From contig CAYLLU010000005.1 in the NCBI GenBank assembly GCA_964384845.1, positions 12,212-61,666 of the forward strand: a DNA stretch of 49,455 nt, given 5' to 3'. The notes beneath the pieces were generated by a model. It was not told where the DNA came from. It worked only from the letters and a program-made list of their open reading frames with translations, and ran no database searches. Origin of the DNA: an uncultured Dehalococcoidia bacterium. GTDB lineage: Bacteria > Chloroflexota > Dehalococcoidia > Lucifugimonadales > CAJWER01. Below, piece by piece: positions 49,392-49,455 of this stretch. Position numbers and translations under genes: made by a program. Within the stretch, counting starts at the first letter, position 1, and each line of letters opens with the position of its first letter.

Positions 49392-49454
49392 ATGAGTGAA
49401 AAATTACGAGCAGCTGTTATCGGATGCGGACAAGGAGCTAGTCACGGGTACGCT
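49392..49454 (+). CDS. Partial CDS, probable Gfo/Idh/MocA oxidoreductase N-terminus (runs off the right edge)
   Basis: GGAGG RBS, then MSEKLRAAVIGCGQGASHGYA. Confidence 0.7.
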   Translation, partial: MSEKLRAAVIGCGQGASHGYA

Positions 49455-49455
49455 T

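Overview
Ordinary chromosomal segment of a bacterium that I infer to be Chloroflexota (Dehalococcoidia/SAR202-like). The inference rests on the def-tRNA nucleotidyltransferase-secD-secF order, an acVLRF1-type release-factor homologue and many paralogous catabolic oxidoreductases and hydrolases. About 40 CDSs are supported. Housekeeping genes are typA, secD, secF, def, mutL, pyrD, pgi, rbsK, rpiB and a tRNA nucleotidyltransferase. They are interspersed with SDR, Gfo/Idh/MocA, Ldh_2, amidohydrolase, Rid, TPP- and PLP-dependent enzyme genes, several in paralogous pairs. I saw no rRNA, tRNA, CRISPR array, transposase, integrase or phage genes. The best candidate for something undescribed is a stand-alone, highly base-paired ~147-nt RNA at 29116-29262 behind a TTGACA-N18-TAAAGT promoter. 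Other notable points: a PTER-like hydrolase cluster, a nucleotidyltransferase lacking the flexible loop (probably CC-adding), an active/degenerate amidohydrolase pair, an MFS gene with an in-frame amber stop inside its last helix, a small membrane protein ending in CPLH, and decayed gene remnants in long spacers. All family calls come from motif recognition, not database searches.
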